Shown here piece after piece: positions 37,880 to 53,530 of a DNA stretch of 64,000 nucleotides. Position 1 is the first letter of the stretch. Every line of letters starts with the position of its first letter. Below the pieces are notes generated by a model that worked only from the letters and a program-made list of their open reading frames with translations, did no database searches and had not been told where the DNA came from. A program made the translations under genes and the position numbers. This stretch comes from Escherichia coli (GTDB taxonomy: Bacteria > Pseudomonadota > Gammaproteobacteria > Enterobacterales > Enterobacteriaceae): assembly GCF_013122565.1 (NCBI RefSeq), contig NZ_CP053258.1. One strand, written 5' to 3'.

Positions 37880-38404
37880 TCAACAATTGATCGTCTGTGC
37901 CAGGGCGCTACGAATTTCAGAAATCACCTGGCTGGGTTCGTTTGTTGCGTCGATGATAATATGCGCAACTTCGCGATATAGCGCATCGCGTTCTTCCAGC
38001 ACTTCCTGAACTTCTTCGCTCAGCGGTTTTCCCGTTAAGGTTGGCCGTAAATCTTCTTCCGGTGCAGCTTGCAGTCGGTTAACCAGGACTGAAACTGGCG
38101 CACACAAATAAACCACGATTCCGTTATTTTGCATGAAGCGACGATTAAATTCCGTCAGAATAATGCCGCCCCCCGTGGCGATAACGGTGGATGGCGCAGT
38201 TACCGCTTCCAGCGCCGCCGTTTCTCTGGCGCGAAATCCCGCCCACTCTTCCCTTTCGACGATCTCCGCGACCGTCATACTGAGCTGTGATTGCAACCAC
38301 TGGTCGGTATCGACAAACCGACGGTTAAGCGAATCGGCAAGGGCCATTCCGACCGTTGTTTTACCACAGCCCCGAGGCCCGATCAGAAAAAGAGGTTGTG
38401 TCAT
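37880..38404 (-). CDS. aroL: shikimate kinase II
   Basis: 174-aa ORF with Walker A ([11 protein letters not shown]) and shikimate kinase fold. Confidence 0.95.
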   Translation of the reverse strand: MTQPLFLIGPRGCGKTTVGMALADSLNRRFVDTDQWLQSQLSMTVAEIVEREEWAGFRARETAALEAVTAPSTVIATGGGIILTEFNRRFMQNNGIVVYLCAPVSVLVNRLQAAPEEDLRPTLTGKPLSEEVQEVLEERDALYREVAHIIIDATNEPSQVISEIRSALAQTINC

Positions 38405-38491
38405 CGTGGGTTTTCCCCAATAGGTCGCAATGCGGCGAAAGCCGGTATCATGAGAATAGCGATCATACCATCAAACTAGTACAATTTCGAT

Positions 38492-38509
38492 TGTAAAGAA
38501 AAAATTACA
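38492..38509 (-). promoter_or_regulatory. TyrR box in the aroL promoter
   Basis: TGTAAAGAAAAAATTACA fits the TyrR consensus TGTAAA-N6-TTTACA; about 90 bp upstream of the aroL start. Confidence 0.55.
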
Positions 38510-38567
38510 CTTAAAGTGAAAATCTCAATACATCCCTTACTATACCAATAAATATTCAAGAATGAAG

Positions 38568-38585
38568 TGTAAATAATAAATTACA
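38568..38585 (-). promoter_or_regulatory. TyrR box in the aroL promoter
   Basis: TGTAAATAATAAATTACA fits TGTAAA-N6-TTTACA; second box upstream of aroL. Confidence 0.55.
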
Positions 38586-38586
38586 T

Positions 38587-39045
38587 TTAGCCACGACTAC
38601 GTTGCACTTCCAGCCACCACTTATCCAGCTCCGCAGCAAAGGCCTGGCGGTCACGTTGTGAAAGGCTATCTGGTCCGCCGGTCTGGATCCCACTGGCACG
38701 TAAGGTATCCATAAAATCGCGCATCGTCAGGCGCTCACGAATGGTCGCTGGCGTGTAACGTTCACCGCGCGGATTAAGCGCCGCAGCGCCTTTCTCGATG
38801 GCTTCAGCAGCCAAAGGTATATCTGCGGTGATCACCAAATCGCCCGCTTCACACTGCCGGACAATTTCGTTATCGGCAACGTCGAAACCTGCCGCGACGC
38901 GCAGCGTACGAATAAATCGCGATGGCGGCACGCGTAAACTCTGGTTTGCTACCAGTACCAGCGGCATCTGCATACGTTCCGCCGCGCGATACAAAATCTC
39001 TTTAATTACATTGGGACACGCGTCAGCATCCACCCAAATTGTCAT
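38587..39045 (-). CDS. yaiI: UPF0178 family protein YaiI
   Basis: Internal start [34 protein letters not shown] gives 152 aa; the track ORF is extended 40 codons upstream. Confidence 0.85.
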   Translation of the reverse strand: MTIWVDADACPNVIKEILYRAAERMQMPLVLVANQSLRVPPSRFIRTLRVAAGFDVADNEIVRQCEAGDLVITADIPLAAEAIEKGAAALNPRGERYTPATIRERLTMRDFMDTLRASGIQTGGPDSLSQRDRQAFAAELDKWWLEVQRSRG

Positions 39046-39164
39046 AAAGTCATCCTTTGTTGGGTAATCCTCTATTGTGTCGCGCTTTTGCCTTCCGGCA
39101 TAGTTCTGTTTATGCTTCTGCCAGCGATTATCAAAACAATGAATTTCACGGCAGGAGTGAGGCA

Positions 39165-39974
39165 ATGGAAAAGAAAATCGGTTTTATTGGCTGCGGCAAT
39201 ATGGGAAAAGCCATTCTCGGCGGTCTGATTGCCAGCGGTCAGATGCTTCCAGGGCAAATCTGGGTATATACCCCCTCCCCGGATAAAGTCGCCGCCCTGC
39301 ATGACCAGTTCGGCATCAACGCCGCAGAATCGGCGCAAGAAGTGGCGCAAATCGCCGACATCATTTTTGCCGCCGTTAAACCTGGCATCATGATTAAAGT
39401 GCTTAGCGAAATCACCTCCAGCCTGAATAAAGACTCTCTGGTCGTTTCTATTGCTGCAGGTATCACACTCGACCAGCTTGCCCGCGCACTGGGCCATGAC
39501 CGGAAAATTATCCGCGCCATGCCGAACACTCCCGCGCTGGTTAATGCCGGGATGACCTCCGTAACGCCAAACGCGCTGGTAACCCCAGAAGATACCGCTG
39601 ATGTGCTGAATATTTTCCGCTGCTTTGGCGAAGCGGAAGTGATTGCTGAGCCGATGATCCACCCGGTGGTCGGTGTGAGCGGTTCTTCGCCAGCCTACGT
39701 TTTTATGTTTATCGAAGCGATGGCCGACGCCGCCGTGCTCGGCGGGATGCCACGCGCCCAGGCGTATAAATTTGCCGCTCAGGCGGTAATGGGTTCCGCA
39801 AAAATGGTGCTGGAAACGGGAGAACATCCGGGGGCACTGAAAGATATGGTCTGCTCACCGGGAGGCACCACCATTGAAGCGGTACGCGTACTGGAAGAGA
39901 AAGGCTTCCGTGCCGCAGTGATCGAAGCGATGACGAAGTGTATGGAAAAATCAGAAAAACTCAGCAAATCCTGA
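39165..39974 (+). CDS. proC: pyrroline-5-carboxylate reductase
   Basis: Internal start [26 protein letters not shown] (Rossmann GxGxxG) gives 269 aa; divergent from yaiI. Confidence 0.95.
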   Translation: MEKKIGFIGCGNMGKAILGGLIASGQMLPGQIWVYTPSPDKVAALHDQFGINAAESAQEVAQIADIIFAAVKPGIMIKVLSEITSSLNKDSLVVSIAAGITLDQLARALGHDRKIIRAMPNTPALVNAGMTSVTPNALVTPEDTADVLNIFRCFGEAEVIAEPMIHPVVGVSGSSPAYVFMFIEAMADAAVLGGMPRAQAYKFAAQAVMGSAKMVLETGEHPGALKDMVCSPGGTTIEAVRVLEEKGFRAAVIEAMTKCMEKSEKLSKS

Positions 39975-39990
39975 TGACTTTCGCCGGACG

Positions 39991-41106
39991 TCAGGCCGCC
40001 ACTTCGGTGCGGTTACGTCCGGCTTTCTTTGCTTTGTAAAGCGCCAAATCTGCCGATTTCAACCACTCACGATAGTGACTCATTTGTGGGTTCAGCGGCG
40101 CAACCCCCACACTAATCCGTAAAGTTACCTGTGGCGTATTCGGCAAGCGTAACGTGTTTAGCCCTTCATGCACCCGTAACATGGCGGTAATGGCGCTCTC
40201 AGCTGGCGTACCGGACATGATTACTGCAAACTCATCGCCGCCAAACCGACCAATCACATCGCTACCGCGCAGGGTAATTTGTAATTGTCGGGTAAGCGCC
40301 ACAATCGCCTCATCACCCACATCATGACCCCAGGTATCGTTGATGCTCTTGAAATGGTCGATGTCGATAATCAGTAACGTTGCATCGCGATTATGCCGCC
40401 GACAGTTATCAAATTCATTGCGTAACATAGTTTCCCAATGACGTCGGTTATACACGCCCGTCATACCGTCGCGGGTACTCATGACCTGCAACCTGCGTTT
40501 ATGTTCCGCCAGTTTGGTTGCCGTCTGGTAGCTGACCCAGCCAAACAGCAGAGGATAAATGACAATAATGGGAAGGGAGAGCCACCATTCCAGCGGCGCA
40601 CTATTGAACGACACGGTGATGCCCGTCAGCTCGAGGGTGACAAGGCAGGAAACCACCATCAACACCAGACCCGCGACAAACAGACGGGGGCCGCCTGCCC
40701 CCATCAAATTCAGACACATAATCATCAACATCGCGGTGGAAGGCAGCACGTTTACGCCCATTACGCCTACCCACATTCCCGCTAATACTGCATCGGTTTT
40801 TAAGTTGTAAATTTCCCGGCTAAGCGGATCGACGGCCCTGCTCGCTATCTGCCAGGCTAAATGCGGCCAGACGAACGCCCAGCCGACCAACACCAGCCAC
40901 CACCAGCCCGGCGGCGGGTGCGAAACCAGCGTTGAAGCAATCGGTAAGAACATGCCAGCCAGGCCAACCGCACGGGGTAGTCTGACGCGACGGGCGAAGC
41001 GCAGCCCGGACCGCTGATGTTCATTTTGAGGAGTTAAAGGAGGTTCCTCCCCATGCGACGCCGCTTTTTTGAAAAAGTTTTCATCATTCATTATTTTTGG
41101 GAACAT
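39991..41106 (-). CDS. dgcC: diguanylate cyclase DgcC (AdrA/YaiC)
   Basis: 371-aa ORF with N-terminal multi-TM MASE2-like domain and C-terminal GGDEF domain (RFGGDEFAVIM). Confidence 0.9.
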   Translation of the reverse strand: MFPKIMNDENFFKKAASHGEEPPLTPQNEHQRSGLRFARRVRLPRAVGLAGMFLPIASTLVSHPPPGWWWLVLVGWAFVWPHLAWQIASRAVDPLSREIYNLKTDAVLAGMWVGVMGVNVLPSTAMLMIMCLNLMGAGGPRLFVAGLVLMVVSCLVTLELTGITVSFNSAPLEWWLSLPIIVIYPLLFGWVSYQTATKLAEHKRRLQVMSTRDGMTGVYNRRHWETMLRNEFDNCRRHNRDATLLIIDIDHFKSINDTWGHDVGDEAIVALTRQLQITLRGSDVIGRFGGDEFAVIMSGTPAESAITAMLRVHEGLNTLRLPNTPQVTLRISVGVAPLNPQMSHYREWLKSADLALYKAKKAGRNRTEVAA

Positions 41107-41164
41107 TCAGAAACAATTTTCCCAAATTATAGAGACGGGGCTAAAGGCTGAAGTATGAAATTTC

Positions 41165-41190
41165 GGGTGAGCCATTTTCGTAGCTCACCC
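41165..41190 (-). terminator. candidate terminator of the phoA-psiF transcript
   Basis: 8-bp stem GGGTGAGC / GCTCACCC with 10-nt loop, between the psiF stop and the dgcC start; weak T tract. Confidence 0.4.
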
Positions 41191-41207
41191 GTTAGCACTA
41201 TCAGGTA

Positions 41208-41528
41208 TCAGGCGGCTTTCTTGAGGCAGGCACTCATAAACTTATTACGATCATCACCTTTCAGAGATTGCTGCGTTGCTTGATTATTACATTCACGCAT
41301 CTTTTGCTGCTGTGGCGTCAAACTTTTTTCACCAGGCGCAGACTTACTGTTCTTCAGGCAATCACTCATGTAGGTCTTACGAGCATCCCCTTTCAACGCC
41401 TGCGCCGTCGCCTGCTGATTACAGGAGGTCATACGCTGTTGTTGTGGGGTTAAGGTTCTCTCGGCAGCGCCGACGGTGGTTAAAAAAACCAGACCGAAAA
41501 GCAAGGTAACCAGTAATGTAATTTTCAT
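41208..41528 (-). CDS. psiF: phosphate starvation-inducible protein PsiF
   Basis: Internal start MKITLLVTLLFGLVFLTTVGAAERTLTPQQQ (signal peptide) gives 106 aa; internal duplication (two LTPQQQ...KGD modules); downstream of phoA. Confidence 0.85.
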   Translation of the reverse strand: MKITLLVTLLFGLVFLTTVGAAERTLTPQQQRMTSCNQQATAQALKGDARKTYMSDCLKNSKSAPGEKSLTPQQQKMRECNNQATQQSLKGDDRNKFMSACLKKAA

Positions 41529-41646
41529 AGCACCATCCCTCTTCATGTTTTCACCATGAGCGTATGCGCCCGTGATCTGCCATTAAGTCTGGTTGCTAAC
41601 AGCAAAAAAACCACCCGGCAGCGAAAATTCACTGCCGGGAGCGGTT

Positions 41647-43062
41647 TTATTTCAGCCCCAGAGCGGCTTTCATGGTGTAGAAGAGATCGGTCTGGTCGGT
41701 CAGTCCAACGACATTGGCGGCATGCGGGCCATACGCCGCAATACGCAACTGACTGCCGGTATGTTCTTGTGAATCCTCTTCGGAGTTCCCGTAGCTCATC
41801 ACCATCACTGCGCCATCTTTGGTATTTAGCGCCTGGGTGAGGCCCGGAGCTTTGGTATCCGGCGCAACAATCTGGCTGGCGTGGGCGTGATCAGCGGTGA
41901 CTATGACCAACGTGTTACCCTCCTTTTTAGCGAATTCCAGCGCCCGTTGTACGGCTTCATCGAGATCGACCGTCTCGCCAATTTGCCCACAAGGATTCGC
42001 AGCATGATCCTGTTTATCGATTGACGCACCTTCAACTTGCAGGAAAAAGCCTTTCTCATTTTTACTCAACAATTCAATGGCTTTGTCGGTCATCTGCGCC
42101 AGGGTCGGTACACTGTCATTACGTTGCGGATTAGGCGTACAGGTGACTGCGGGCTTATCGATATTGCCGTGGTACGTTGCTTTCGGTCCTAGCCAGCGCA
42201 CTGGCATATTGCCGTCAGCAAACAGGCCAAGCAGGGGTTTTTGCTGATTCGCTTCCGTCACCGCATTTAGCGAGGCGGCATCGTTCACCAACTGATAACC
42301 ACGCGCCTGTGCCTGTTCACGCAGCGTTTTTCCCTGCCATTCACCTGCGGTTGCCGTTTCAGCAAAGGTTTTTGCGCCGCCGCCAAGCGTAACGTCGGCA
42401 CGAGCGTTAAGCAGCTGTTCGGTAATCGATCCTTTTCCGCCTTTTTCCAGAGCGTTACCCGGACATTTTTCACTGGTCGCGCTCGGACCGTAGCATTTGC
42501 GCGAGGTCACATGCGCCACCAGCGCGGCGGGCGTGGCATCCTGCAACTCTGCGGTAGAAACGTTACCGGTCGCCAGACCTGCGGCTTTTGCCATTTCCAG
42601 AATCGTTGGGTGATCTTTTTCGTGAATATCGACGCCCAGCGCACCGTTATAGGTTTTGACACCGGTTGACCAGGCGGTTGCTGATGCAGCCGAGTCGGTG
42701 ACGTAGTCCGGTTTGCCGGTTTTTTTATTCAGCGCATAGTGTGTGTATTGTCCGGTAAGCGGTAAGGCATCGATACCTTTAAAAAAGCCGCCCGCACCTT
42801 CAGCATAATTGCGTGCGGCAGTAATTTCCGAATCCCCCATCCCATCGCCAATCAGCAAAATAATATTTTTTACAGGTTTATCGCTAAGAGAATCACGCAG
42901 AGCGGCGGTCTGGTCACCCGTTAAACGGCGAGCACCGCCGGGTGCAGTAATATCGCCCTGAGCAGCCCGGTTTTCCAGAACAGGCATTTCTGGTGTCCGG
43001 GCTTTTGTCACAGGGGAAAACAGTAACGGTAAGAGTGCCAGTGCAATAGTGCTTTGTTTCAC
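41647..43062 (-). CDS. phoA: alkaline phosphatase
   Basis: Conserved GTG start (V)[36 protein letters not shown] at 43060-43062 gives 471 aa; active-site DSAASATAW and C-terminus TMKAALGLK. Confidence 0.95.
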   Translation of the reverse strand: MKQSTIALALLPLLFSPVTKARTPEMPVLENRAAQGDITAPGGARRLTGDQTAALRDSLSDKPVKNIILLIGDGMGDSEITAARNYAEGAGGFFKGIDALPLTGQYTHYALNKKTGKPDYVTDSAASATAWSTGVKTYNGALGVDIHEKDHPTILEMAKAAGLATGNVSTAELQDATPAALVAHVTSRKCYGPSATSEKCPGNALEKGGKGSITEQLLNARADVTLGGGAKTFAETATAGEWQGKTLREQAQARGYQLVNDAASLNAVTEANQQKPLLGLFADGNMPVRWLGPKATYHGNIDKPAVTCTPNPQRNDSVPTLAQMTDKAIELLSKNEKGFFLQVEGASIDKQDHAANPCGQIGETVDLDEAVQRALEFAKKEGNTLVIVTADHAHASQIVAPDTKAPGLTQALNTKDGAVMVMSYGNSEEDSQEHTGSQLRIAAYGPHAANVVGLTDQTDLFYTMKAALGLK

Positions 43063-43124
43063 TTTATTTTCTCCATGTACAAATACATTAAAAAATAAAA
43101 ACAAAGCAACTATAAGTATCGGCC

Positions 43125-43142
43125 GTGACAGCTTTATGACAG
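43125..43142 (-). promoter_or_regulatory. Pho box in the phoA promoter
   Basis: Minus-strand CTGTCATAAAGCTGTCAC, a near-consensus Pho box about 60 bp upstream of the phoA start. Confidence 0.65.
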
Positions 43143-43162
43143 CTGTTGAAAAGATTAACTTT

Positions 43163-43423
43163 TTACTGACGAGGATGCTTCAATAACTTCTTTACATAAT
43201 TGCGCAGCAGCTCCGTATCGTCGTCAGGAATGCTGGCATCAGGCTTTACCTCGTAAAGAGCTCCCTCCACCTGATCAATCAAGCGCTGTTGGTCATTTTG
43301 TGCCATATTGCGAAGCATTGCAGTGACGATAATCTCCAAAGCTTCTACCTGCGCGCACAGTTCTTTCGACTCTTCTTCTTTTTGGGCAAGCTTTAATAAC
43401 AACTCAGCAATGAGATTTTTCAT
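43163..43423 (-). CDS. iraP: anti-adaptor protein IraP
   Basis: 86-aa coiled-coil [36 protein letters not shown]..., matching IraP (YaiB). Confidence 0.9.
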   Translation of the reverse strand: MKNLIAELLLKLAQKEEESKELCAQVEALEIIVTAMLRNMAQNDQQRLIDQVEGALYEVKPDASIPDDDTELLRNYVKKLLKHPRQ

Positions 43424-43884
43424 GCCTGTATTTCCTTATCCAACGTATGGAGAAGTTAACATTATGTTTCACAACTTCATAGTGTCTGGAGGTATTATTT
43501 TTATGACAAAGGAAATACTTTGCGCAAATGTTCTTTTTTTGATTACCAGCGAAACGTTTCTCATATTTAAATAATCAGCCACACAAAGAACGCGCCTTTA
43601 ATTATCAACCTTAACTATAAACAAAAGTTATGGAATATATTCTCTGCGTTTACTTACAACTAAGAGAAAAAACTCACCGCATGACCATTAAAGTCAGGAA
43701 TAAATTAGCTTCCCGTTCATCATTTTTGTGATCTTACGCACATCTTTGAGATTACGCACTTTCTTCACCAGTACGTCGCACGCTTTGTCAGCAGAAGATT
43801 GCAACATTCTGTCAGAAGGCCGCGAATCCCCCGTTTTGTCGTGGTAATGTATGCACTTTGTGTTAGACGGGATAGGTTTTTAAG

Positions 43885-44979
43885 ATGGAAAAACTGCGGG
43901 TAGGAATCGTTTTTGGTGGTAAATCAGCGGAACATGAAGTGTCTCTGCAATCGGCAAAAAACATTGTCGATGCCATTGATAAAAGTCGCTTCGACGTTGT
44001 GCTGCTGGGCATTGATAAACAAGGGCAATGGCACGTCAGCGATGCCAGCAATTATCTGCTAAATGCAGACGATCCTGCCCATATTGCGTTGCGCCCTTCG
44101 GCGACCAGCCTTGCGCAGGTGCCAGGTAAACATGAGCATCAGCTTATCGACGCGCAAAACGGTCAGCCGTTACCGACGGTGGATGTCATTTTCCCGATTG
44201 TCCACGGTACGCTGGGCGAAGATGGTTCCTTGCAGGGAATGCTGCGGGTCGCCAATTTACCGTTTGTAGGTTCTGATGTTCTGGCTTCAGCAGCCTGTAT
44301 GGATAAAGATGTCACCAAACGTCTGCTGCGCGATGCCGGGCTGAACATTGCGCCATTTATTACCCTGACGCGCGCTAATCGTCACAACATCAGTTTTGCC
44401 GAAGTGGAGTCTAAACTGGGGTTACCACTGTTTGTAAAACCGGCTAATCAGGGCTCTTCTGTTGGTGTCAGCAAAGTAACCAGTGAAGAACAGTACGCAA
44501 TTGCCGTCGATCTGGCGTTCGAGTTCGATCATAAAGTGATCGTTGAGCAAGGGATCAAAGGTCGAGAGATCGAATGCGCAGTTCTGGGCAACGACAATCC
44601 GCAAGCCAGCACCTGTGGCGAGATCGTACTCACCAGCGATTTCTATGCCTACGACACCAAGTACATTGATGAAGATGGCGCGAAAGTGGTAGTTCCGGCA
44701 GCCATTGCGCCAGAAATCAACGATAAGATCCGGGCGATTGCCGTTCAGGCTTATCAGACGTTGGGATGCGCAGGCATGGCGCGTGTAGACGTGTTTTTAA
44801 CCCCAGAGAACGAAGTGGTGATCAACGAGATCAACACCCTGCCTGGCTTCACCAACATCAGTATGTATCCGAAGCTGTGGCAAGCCAGCGGTCTCAGTTA
44901 CACCGATCTGATCACGCGTTTGATTGAGCTGGCGCTGGAGCGTCACGCTGCGGATAACGCATTGAAAACGACAATGTAA
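43885..44979 (+). CDS. ddlA: D-alanine--D-alanine ligase A
   Basis: 364-aa [47 protein letters not shown]... with ATP-grasp fold. Confidence 0.95.
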   Translation: MEKLRVGIVFGGKSAEHEVSLQSAKNIVDAIDKSRFDVVLLGIDKQGQWHVSDASNYLLNADDPAHIALRPSATSLAQVPGKHEHQLIDAQNGQPLPTVDVIFPIVHGTLGEDGSLQGMLRVANLPFVGSDVLASAACMDKDVTKRLLRDAGLNIAPFITLTRANRHNISFAEVESKLGLPLFVKPANQGSSVGVSKVTSEEQYAIAVDLAFEFDHKVIVEQGIKGREIECAVLGNDNPQASTCGEIVLTSDFYAYDTKYIDEDGAKVVVPAAIAPEINDKIRAIAVQAYQTLGCAGMARVDVFLTPENEVVINEINTLPGFTNISMYPKLWQASGLSYTDLITRLIELALERHAADNALKTTM

Positions 44980-44984
44980 TTTTT

Positions 44985-45013
44985 AAATGCCCAATAGCTC
45001 TTATTGGGCATTT
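44985..45013 (+). terminator. hairpin immediately after the ddlA stop
   Basis: AAATGCCCAATA-GCTC-TTATTGGGCATTT, a perfect 12-bp stem directly following the ddlA stop codon. Confidence 0.5.
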
Positions 45014-45037
45014 AAGACTGATGGCAAACGTAAGATT

Positions 45038-45136
45038 GCCTGATGCGCTTTGCTTATCAGGCCTACCAGATAATTGCAATATACTGATTTTGCATGATTT
45101 TGTAGGCAGGATAAGGCGTTCGCGCCGCATCCGGCA
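45038..45136. repeat. REP (BIME) palindromic elements
   Basis: GCCTGATGCGCTTTGCTTATCAGGCCTAC and GTAGGCAGGATAAGGCGTTCGCGCCGCATCCGGCA, an inverted REP pair between ddlA and yaiZ. Confidence 0.6.
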
Positions 45137-45181
45137 AAAACAACGAGCACTTTGTCAGCCCCCAGAACGCCCACTCCTCTG

Positions 45182-45394
45182 TTATTGGGCGTTTTCAGTT
45201 TCTTCATCGCGACGACGAATAATCAGCCCCGCCAGCCAGAAACTAATCACCCACGTCACCAGACCGACGGCATAGGTCTGCCAACCTTTTGCTTCAAATC
45301 CCAGTAACCCCACCACGCCATTAAGAATGAATATAAGGCCAATGGCGAACGCATAGTAGTGCCAGTCACGGCGGATTTTTACAGGCAGATTCAT
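45182..45394 (-). CDS. yaiZ: small inner-membrane protein YaiZ
   Basis: Internal start MNLPVKIRRDWHYYAFAIGLIFILNGVVGLLGFEAKGWQTYAVGLVTWVISFWLAGLIIRRRDEETENAQ gives 70 aa, two TM helices; the track ORF is extended to 114 aa. Confidence 0.8.
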   Translation of the reverse strand: MNLPVKIRRDWHYYAFAIGLIFILNGVVGLLGFEAKGWQTYAVGLVTWVISFWLAGLIIRRRDEETENAQ

Positions 45395-45653
45395 GGCAGC
45401 TCCGTTAACGAAAAACAACATCCTTGCATATTCTGCAACAACCGTCTGTGTTGTAGACAACATTTTCGCAATTGTTAATAAATTTAACTTAAGGTTACCA
45501 TTTTGTGACTCGCAACGAAGATTCACGCTTCGGGAATATTCCCAACATCAATTTACCATGATTCTTATATTGACAATCTTAATGACCTGTCAGACTTGCC
45601 ATAAGCCGCTGGTATCACACCAGAAGAGAAGCAGATGACTTCCGGAGGTTTTT

Positions 45654-45962
45654 ATGGCTGATTTCACCCTGTCAAAATCGCTGTTTAGCGGAAAATATCG
45701 CAATGCCTCTTCAACGCCTGGCAACATTGCCTATGTGTTGTTTGTGCTGTTTTGCTTTTGGGCTGGGGCGCAATTGCTGAACCTGTTAGTGCATGCGCCC
45801 GGCGTCTATGAGCGCTTAATGCAGGTCCAGGAAACAGGTCGCCCACGGGTGGAAATTGGTTTAGGTGTCGGCACCATTTTCGGGCTGATCCCATTTTTAG
45901 TAGGCTGCCTCATTTTTGCAGTGGTGGCGTTATGGCTGCACTGGCGACATCGCCGCCAGTAA
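45654..45962 (+). CDS. yaiY: inner membrane protein YaiY
   Basis: 102-aa ORF with two hydrophobic helices, divergent from yaiZ. Confidence 0.85.
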   Translation: MADFTLSKSLFSGKYRNASSTPGNIAYVLFVLFCFWAGAQLLNLLVHAPGVYERLMQVQETGRPRVEIGLGVGTIFGLIPFLVGCLIFAVVALWLHWRHRRQ

Positions 45963-46020
45963 GATTTACGTTGCCAGATGCGGCCTAAAACGCCTTATTT
46001 GGCATGACATTCCTGTTTGA

Positions 46021-47115
46021 TCACTGTTTCATACAACGCGCCCACCGTTCGTCTACGCGCTTCGCAAACCAGGCCGTAGTCAGGTTGCGGGTGATTTTCG
46101 GGCTTTCCAGTTGAATGCCAGGCAACATTTCGCGGGGGAGTGATTTACCGGTTTTCGCTTCGGCAAGTTGATAAACTTTCTTGTATAGCGCCGTCTCCTC
46201 AAAAGAGAAGCTGTCCCCTTTCTCTAACTGACGGCGAATTTCGCTGTCGCTCATCCCCAGTTTTCCCGCCAGTTTGCGCGTTGCCAGTTCGGTTTTCCCG
46301 GGTTCTTTACTGTCGTAACGAATCAAATCACCGTCCAGTGCCAGCTTCACGCCGCTGGCCTTACTGACCGCGTTCTGAAATGCGGCATTTCGGCTGGCGT
46401 ACCAGCCAGCGTTAAAATCAGCAAAGCGGTATATCGGTGCGCTATAGCTGGCAGGATAATTCAGTAAATGGTAAGTACCAAACCACAACCCGCCGCGGCG
46501 ACTGAAGACTTCCTGACGGACTGTACCGTCCATTTTCCACGGATACCCTTTGGTATGCTGTTCGGCAAAAGCAATGCTGACCTGCATTGGCCCACCGGTG
46601 CGCACCGGATTAAGCGAACCAAACAGCGTCTGCCCCATTGGCACCATGCTGATCAGATCGTCAAAAATCGCGCTCAATTGCTTTTCTGTACGCACCGAAT
46701 CTAACCGTTCGCTATAGCTTTTGCCGTTTGGCGATTTGATTTTTAGCGCGGTATGAACCAGAAAAGCAGGAATGTGCATCCGTTCAGCACGACGGTCAAT
46801 CTCTTGCCAGGCGATCTTGCTTAAGCCCGGAACGGCCGGATCTGCCTGATAATTTGACTCCTGCTGCGCCACCGCCAGCACCGAGCAGACGTTTTCCAGC
46901 GTCGGTGCCAGCCCCTGACTTTCAAAAGTGGTGGCAAGATCTTTCGCCCAGGCATCGCGGTCTTTCACGCTCGCAGGCATCTTCTGCCGCACGACGCTCG
47001 CTACATCTATCGCTTTTTCGCCCTTTTTCAACGGTTGCGGAGCCTGACTACTACACCCCGCTAAAACCAGAACCGCCAACAATGACAGCGAAGATAGAGG
47101 ATTGACGCGCGACAT
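46021..47115 (-). CDS. yaiW: outer-membrane surface lipoprotein YaiW
   Basis: 364-aa ORF with lipoprotein signal (LLAVLVLAGCSSQ); directly downstream of sbmA. Confidence 0.9.
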   Translation of the reverse strand: MSRVNPLSSLSLLAVLVLAGCSSQAPQPLKKGEKAIDVASVVRQKMPASVKDRDAWAKDLATTFESQGLAPTLENVCSVLAVAQQESNYQADPAVPGLSKIAWQEIDRRAERMHIPAFLVHTALKIKSPNGKSYSERLDSVRTEKQLSAIFDDLISMVPMGQTLFGSLNPVRTGGPMQVSIAFAEQHTKGYPWKMDGTVRQEVFSRRGGLWFGTYHLLNYPASYSAPIYRFADFNAGWYASRNAAFQNAVSKASGVKLALDGDLIRYDSKEPGKTELATRKLAGKLGMSDSEIRRQLEKGDSFSFEETALYKKVYQLAEAKTGKSLPREMLPGIQLESPKITRNLTTAWFAKRVDERWARCMKQ

Positions 47116-47127
47116 TACTTCTCCTTT

Positions 47128-48348
47128 TTAGCTCAAGGTATGGGTTACTTCCTGAATTTTGTCACCATCCAGCTCATGTTCAAAGCTGCGCAGACGTTTG
47201 TAGATAGACATCAACTCAACCAGTGTGGTCCATGAGTTAATCAGGTACTGGAAAGCACCGCGAACCTGACCAAAAACGTTGGTAATCTGCGTCATCAGGC
47301 CGAGCGTAATCGTACCGGCGACAATTGACGGAAACAGCAAGAACAAACCGAAAACGTTATCGACCTGCAAATAGAGAATGCGGGCGATGTTGAAATACAT
47401 ATAGTGAAAATAGAGGCGAAAATAGTTTTTCCGTACGGCGCTAAACAGCTCGCGTACCGTAGGCGGCGTCGCGCGCGTGGCATCGTCTTCACCATAAACC
47501 AGCTCTTTACGGTAGGCAGCCTCTACACGCTGGTTTTTAAACTCCAGCCCCGGCAGTTTGATCCCTACCACTGCCAGCAATCCGGTCCCCATCAGCGACC
47601 AAACGATAGCGGCAATCACCAGACCATACGGAATGTGCCCGATAATCGGCAGCTCCGGCACATGCGCGGAGAGCGTTACCAGCACCGGCAGGAAGGCGAT
47701 CAACGTCATGATGGCGTTGATAAAACTGACGCCCATATTCTCCAGCGTTGAAGCAAAACGCATGGTGTCTTCCTGCACACGCTGTGCGGCACCTTCGATA
47801 TGACGCAGTTGTTGCCAGTTCGCCATGTAATATTCGTTCATCGCCGTACGCCAGCGGAACACGTAGTGACTGACAAAGAAGTTGTTCAGCACACTGATCA
47901 CCACCGCGATCAGCGCAATCCCCAGAAAGACGCCCACTTCGCGGTAAAATTGTTCGATAGTGACTTTATGCGGCGAACTTAGCGCGGTTTGAATCAGATC
48001 ATAGAACGGCGCATACCAGGCGTTGACGGCAACCCCGACTTCCACCAAAAACCAGGTGACGAAGATAATCAGCGCAGTACCGAGTATTGACCAGTATTGC
48101 CAACGGTGCGGGCTGTAGATAAACCAGAACAATGCAAAAAGTCCTACGCAAACAATGTAGTAAGCGTAAAAAATCAGGAAATCCAACGACCAGAAACGCG
48201 CGGCGCTAATCGGGATCTGCCCGGAAGCTCCGGTGATACGCGCCACCCAGTCACCCCCACCGGCTTGCCAGAAGATAACGGCAATCAATGCCCAAACAAA
48301 GGCCGAGAAAAAAAACGTTCCCGGCTTTGGGAAAAAAGACTTAAACAT
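47128..48348 (-). CDS. sbmA: peptide antibiotic/antimicrobial peptide transporter SbmA
   Basis: Track ORF starts [15 protein letters not shown]; the second Met is used as start, giving 406 aa; multi-TM ABC-transporter-like membrane domain. Confidence 0.9.
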   Translation of the reverse strand: MFKSFFPKPGTFFFSAFVWALIAVIFWQAGGGDWVARITGASGQIPISAARFWSLDFLIFYAYYIVCVGLFALFWFIYSPHRWQYWSILGTALIIFVTWFLVEVGVAVNAWYAPFYDLIQTALSSPHKVTIEQFYREVGVFLGIALIAVVISVLNNFFVSHYVFRWRTAMNEYYMANWQQLRHIEGAAQRVQEDTMRFASTLENMGVSFINAIMTLIAFLPVLVTLSAHVPELPIIGHIPYGLVIAAIVWSLMGTGLLAVVGIKLPGLEFKNQRVEAAYRKELVYGEDDATRATPPTVRELFSAVRKNYFRLYFHYMYFNIARILYLQVDNVFGLFLLFPSIVAGTITLGLMTQITNVFGQVRGAFQYLINSWTTLVELMSIYKRLRSFEHELDGDKIQEVTHTLS

Positions 48349-48699
48349 ATGCACTCCTGCTAACTTCTTATCGTTTTAACAACTGCTGTGTATTAACCGC
48401 ATGACCGCTACAAAGCGTCAGCCAAATGAAACCGCCCATTGTGACCCATAGCAAGGCGCTTAGTTCGCCAGCCTGACCATAAGAATTGTTTCGACGGATT
48501 TCACAAACCAAAGATTGTTTACATAAGCGGATTAACACGCGCAGGATCACAAATGCAGGCATTGGTGAGCAGGAAAAAGATCGTGTTTACGCGCCGTTAC
48601 GTTTTTAACACTATTATTGCACTAATTCGCCCTTTGCAATCTATCAATGAGTAGTATAAATACGCTCAGTTACCTTCATTCAATCTATGGACACCACCG

Positions 48700-49857
48700 T
48701 TGAAACGTAGTCTGCTTTTTTCTGCCGTGCTGTGTGCGGCGTCATTGACCTCCGTCCATGCGGCGCAGCCGATCACTGAACCGGAGTTTGCCTCTGATAT
48801 TGTCGATCGTTATGCCGATCATATTTTTTACGGCAGCGGTGCCACGGGGATGGCTCTGGTTGTTATCGACGGTAACCAGCGCGTCTTTCGCAGTTATGGC
48901 GAAACGCGACCTGGTAATAACGTTCGCCCGCAGCTGGATTCGGTCATACGTATTGCTTCCCTCACCAAGCTAATGACCAGTGAGATGCTGGTAAAATTGC
49001 TCGATCAGGGGACCGTAAAGTTAAACGATCCGCTAAGTAAATATGCTCCGCCAGGCGCACGCGTGCCGACTTACAATGGGACGCCCATTACCCTGGTGAA
49101 TCTGGCAACCCATACCAGCGCTCTGCCCCGTGAACAGCCCGGTGGCGCGGCACATCGTCCGGTGTTTGTCTGGCCAACGCGCGAGCAACGCTGGAAATAC
49201 CTTTCTACGGCGAAGCTGAAAGCCGCGCCAGGCAGTCAGGCGGCGTACTCTAACCTTGCGTTCGACCTGCTGGCAGATGCATTGGCGAATGCGTCCGGCA
49301 AGCCTTATACCCAGTTGTTTGAAGAGCAGATTACCCGTCCGCTGGGGATGAAAGACACCACCTACACCCCCTCACCGGATCAGTGCCGCCGTTTAATGGT
49401 TGCTGAGCGCGGTGCCAGTCCGTGCAATAACACGCTGGCGGCAATTGGCAGCGGCGGCGTCTATTCCACGCCTGGCGATATGATGCGCTGGATGCAGCAG
49501 TATTTGTCATCTGATTTTTATCAGCGCAGTAACCAGGCTGATCGCATGCAGACGTTGATTTATCAGCGCGCGCAGTTTACCAAAGTGATTGGCATGGATG
49601 TCCCCGGCAAAGCGGATGCGCTTGGTTTAGGCTGGGTATATATGGCCCCGAAAGAGGGTCGTCCGGGAATTATTCAGAAGACAGGTGGTGGTGGCGGTTT
49701 CATTACCTATATGGCGATGATCCCGCAGAAGAATATTGGCGCGTTTGTGGTGGTCACTCGTTCGCCGTTGACGCGCTTTAAAAATATGAGCGATGGCATC
49801 AATGACCTGGTGACCGAGCTAAGCGGGAATAAACCGTTGGTTATCCCCGCATCCTGA
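48700..49857 (+). CDS. ampH: D-alanyl-D-alanine carboxypeptidase/endopeptidase AmpH
   Basis: 385-aa ORF with signal peptide and class-C beta-lactamase-like SxxK motif (ASLTK). Confidence 0.9.
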   Translation: MKRSLLFSAVLCAASLTSVHAAQPITEPEFASDIVDRYADHIFYGSGATGMALVVIDGNQRVFRSYGETRPGNNVRPQLDSVIRIASLTKLMTSEMLVKLLDQGTVKLNDPLSKYAPPGARVPTYNGTPITLVNLATHTSALPREQPGGAAHRPVFVWPTREQRWKYLSTAKLKAAPGSQAAYSNLAFDLLADALANASGKPYTQLFEEQITRPLGMKDTTYTPSPDQCRRLMVAERGASPCNNTLAAIGSGGVYSTPGDMMRWMQQYLSSDFYQRSNQADRMQTLIYQRAQFTKVIGMDVPGKADALGLGWVYMAPKEGRPGIIQKTGGGGGFITYMAMIPQKNIGAFVVVTRSPLTRFKNMSDGINDLVTELSGNKPLVIPAS

Positions 49858-50544
<687 letters not shown>

Positions 50545-50554
50545 TATTTCTTCA

Positions 50555-53530
<2,976 letters not shown>

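Noticed and set aside
39072-39827. 251-aa ORF antisense to proC
   Set aside because: Overlaps proC on the opposite strand; His/Arg/Gly-rich low-complexity translation, no independent signals.
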